Assembly: GCF_020745735.1 (NCBI RefSeq)
Contig: NC_083401.1
Coordinates: forward strand, 117,301,740 to 117,365,739
Length of the DNA: 64,000 bases
Direction of reading: 5' to 3'
From: Hemiscyllium ocellatum
Taxonomy: Eukaryota
The translations under genes were made by a program, and so were the position numbers. Under the pieces are notes generated by a model. It searched no databases, was not told the origin of the DNA, and saw only the letters and a program-made list of their open reading frames with translations. Of the stretch, positions 63,106-64,000 are shown piece by piece. Position 1 is the stretch's first letter. Every line of letters begins with the position of its first letter.

Positions 63106-63635
63106 TATGAATAGGAAGGGTTTGGAGGGATATGGGCCAAGTGTTGGCAGGTGGGACTAGATTGGGTTGGGATATTTGGTCGGCATGGACGGGTTGGACC
63201 GAAGGGTTTGTTTCCATGCTGTACATCTCTATGACTGTCTGACGTAAGATAAGTGGCTGGTTTGTCCTGGATTGTCTCGAGCATTTTGAGTTTTGCTAGA
63301 AGTGCACTGATCCAGGTAAGTGGAGAGTATTCCATCATATTACTGATTTGTGTCTTGTCAATTCTGGACTGATTTGTGAAACATTAAATGAGTTATTCAC
63401 AGCAGATTTCCCAGGCTCTGACCTGTTGTCATAGGCACTGTATTTATAGATTTGTCCAGTTATGTTTTTGTACAATGTGAACCCATTGGGTGTTGATAGT
63501 GGATGATTTGCAATGGTAATGCTGTTGAATTTCAATGGGAAAAAGTTATTCTCTATTGCTGGAAATGGTCATTACCTTGTACTTGTGTTACCTTTAAGTA
63601 GGAAAAGCTGAATATTGTCCAGAACTTCCTGTATA

Positions 63636-63845
63636 CAGTCTGTTCTGATATAACACAATAGTTCTGTTCCCATGCAATTCCACATTTTAATAAATTTGCA
63701 GCACCATTTAAACTAATGGGTCTGGAATCACATTAAGCCAATACAGGTAAGGAAAGTTTGTGTTCTACAAATAATGATCTAAATTCTTCACTCACAATAT
63801 AGCCAATTTGCATTAAAGAAACGTGCGTTACAGCAGAACCGACTG
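63636..63845. mobile_element. Tc1/mariner-pogo MITE (210 bp)
   Basis: TA|CAGTCTGTTCTGATATAAC...GTTACAGCAGAACCGACTG|TA: imperfect TIRs with TA flanks. Confidence 0.78.
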
Positions 63846-64000
63846 TATGATTATGAACTGCAATCAGTGAAGAGTCACATATGGTACTGATTGTGCAAGC
63901 ATCATCAAACACCACCTCTTCTGACTTTAGAATGGAAGGGTAATTGATGAAAAAGTTAAAGATGTTTGGGCCCAGGACTTACCTCGCAGAATTCTTGCAG

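Larger units (their letters stand above)
61912..63236 (+). mobile_element. CR1 (HER1-like) 3' RT region
   Basis: VTSGVPQQSLQGPLLFVIYINDLD...KFADYTK; RPLLEYCVQFWSP; interrupted at 62886-63105. Confidence 0.92.

Overview
Repeat-dense, gene-poor eukaryotic DNA, almost certainly from a cartilaginous fish (shark). This is inferred from HE1/V-SINEs, CR1/HER1-type LINEs and Deu-domain SINEs. No intact host protein-coding gene is recognisable; the window reads as intronic or intergenic, with a few weak exon candidates on +. Nearly every long ORF in the track is a transposon fragment or its antisense shadow. Main contents: (1) a 3.8-kb internally deleted class I (gamma/epsilon-like) endogenous retrovirus on the minus strand, with paired LTRs, a tRNA-Pro-like PBS, a PPT, gag, and a protease stub fused directly to integrase, lacking RT/RNase H and env; (2) a near-full-length decayed L1 (about 5.75 kb, minus) nested in a CR1; (3) two lineages of Penelope-like elements (Poseidon/Penelope-type and Neptune-type), whose 3' ends carry minimal type I hammerhead ribozyme (HHR) motifs; (4) about ten short (75-220 bp), mostly fold-back elements derived from those Penelope ends, most keeping a full or partial hammerhead motif and most bracketed by 10-17 bp target-site duplications (TSDs) - the most interesting system here; (5) TA-flanked Tc1/mariner-pogo MITEs, a Rex1/Babar LINE, many CR1 pieces and a fossil Harbinger-type Myb/SANT gene. 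All family calls come from reading motifs by eye; no database search was run.
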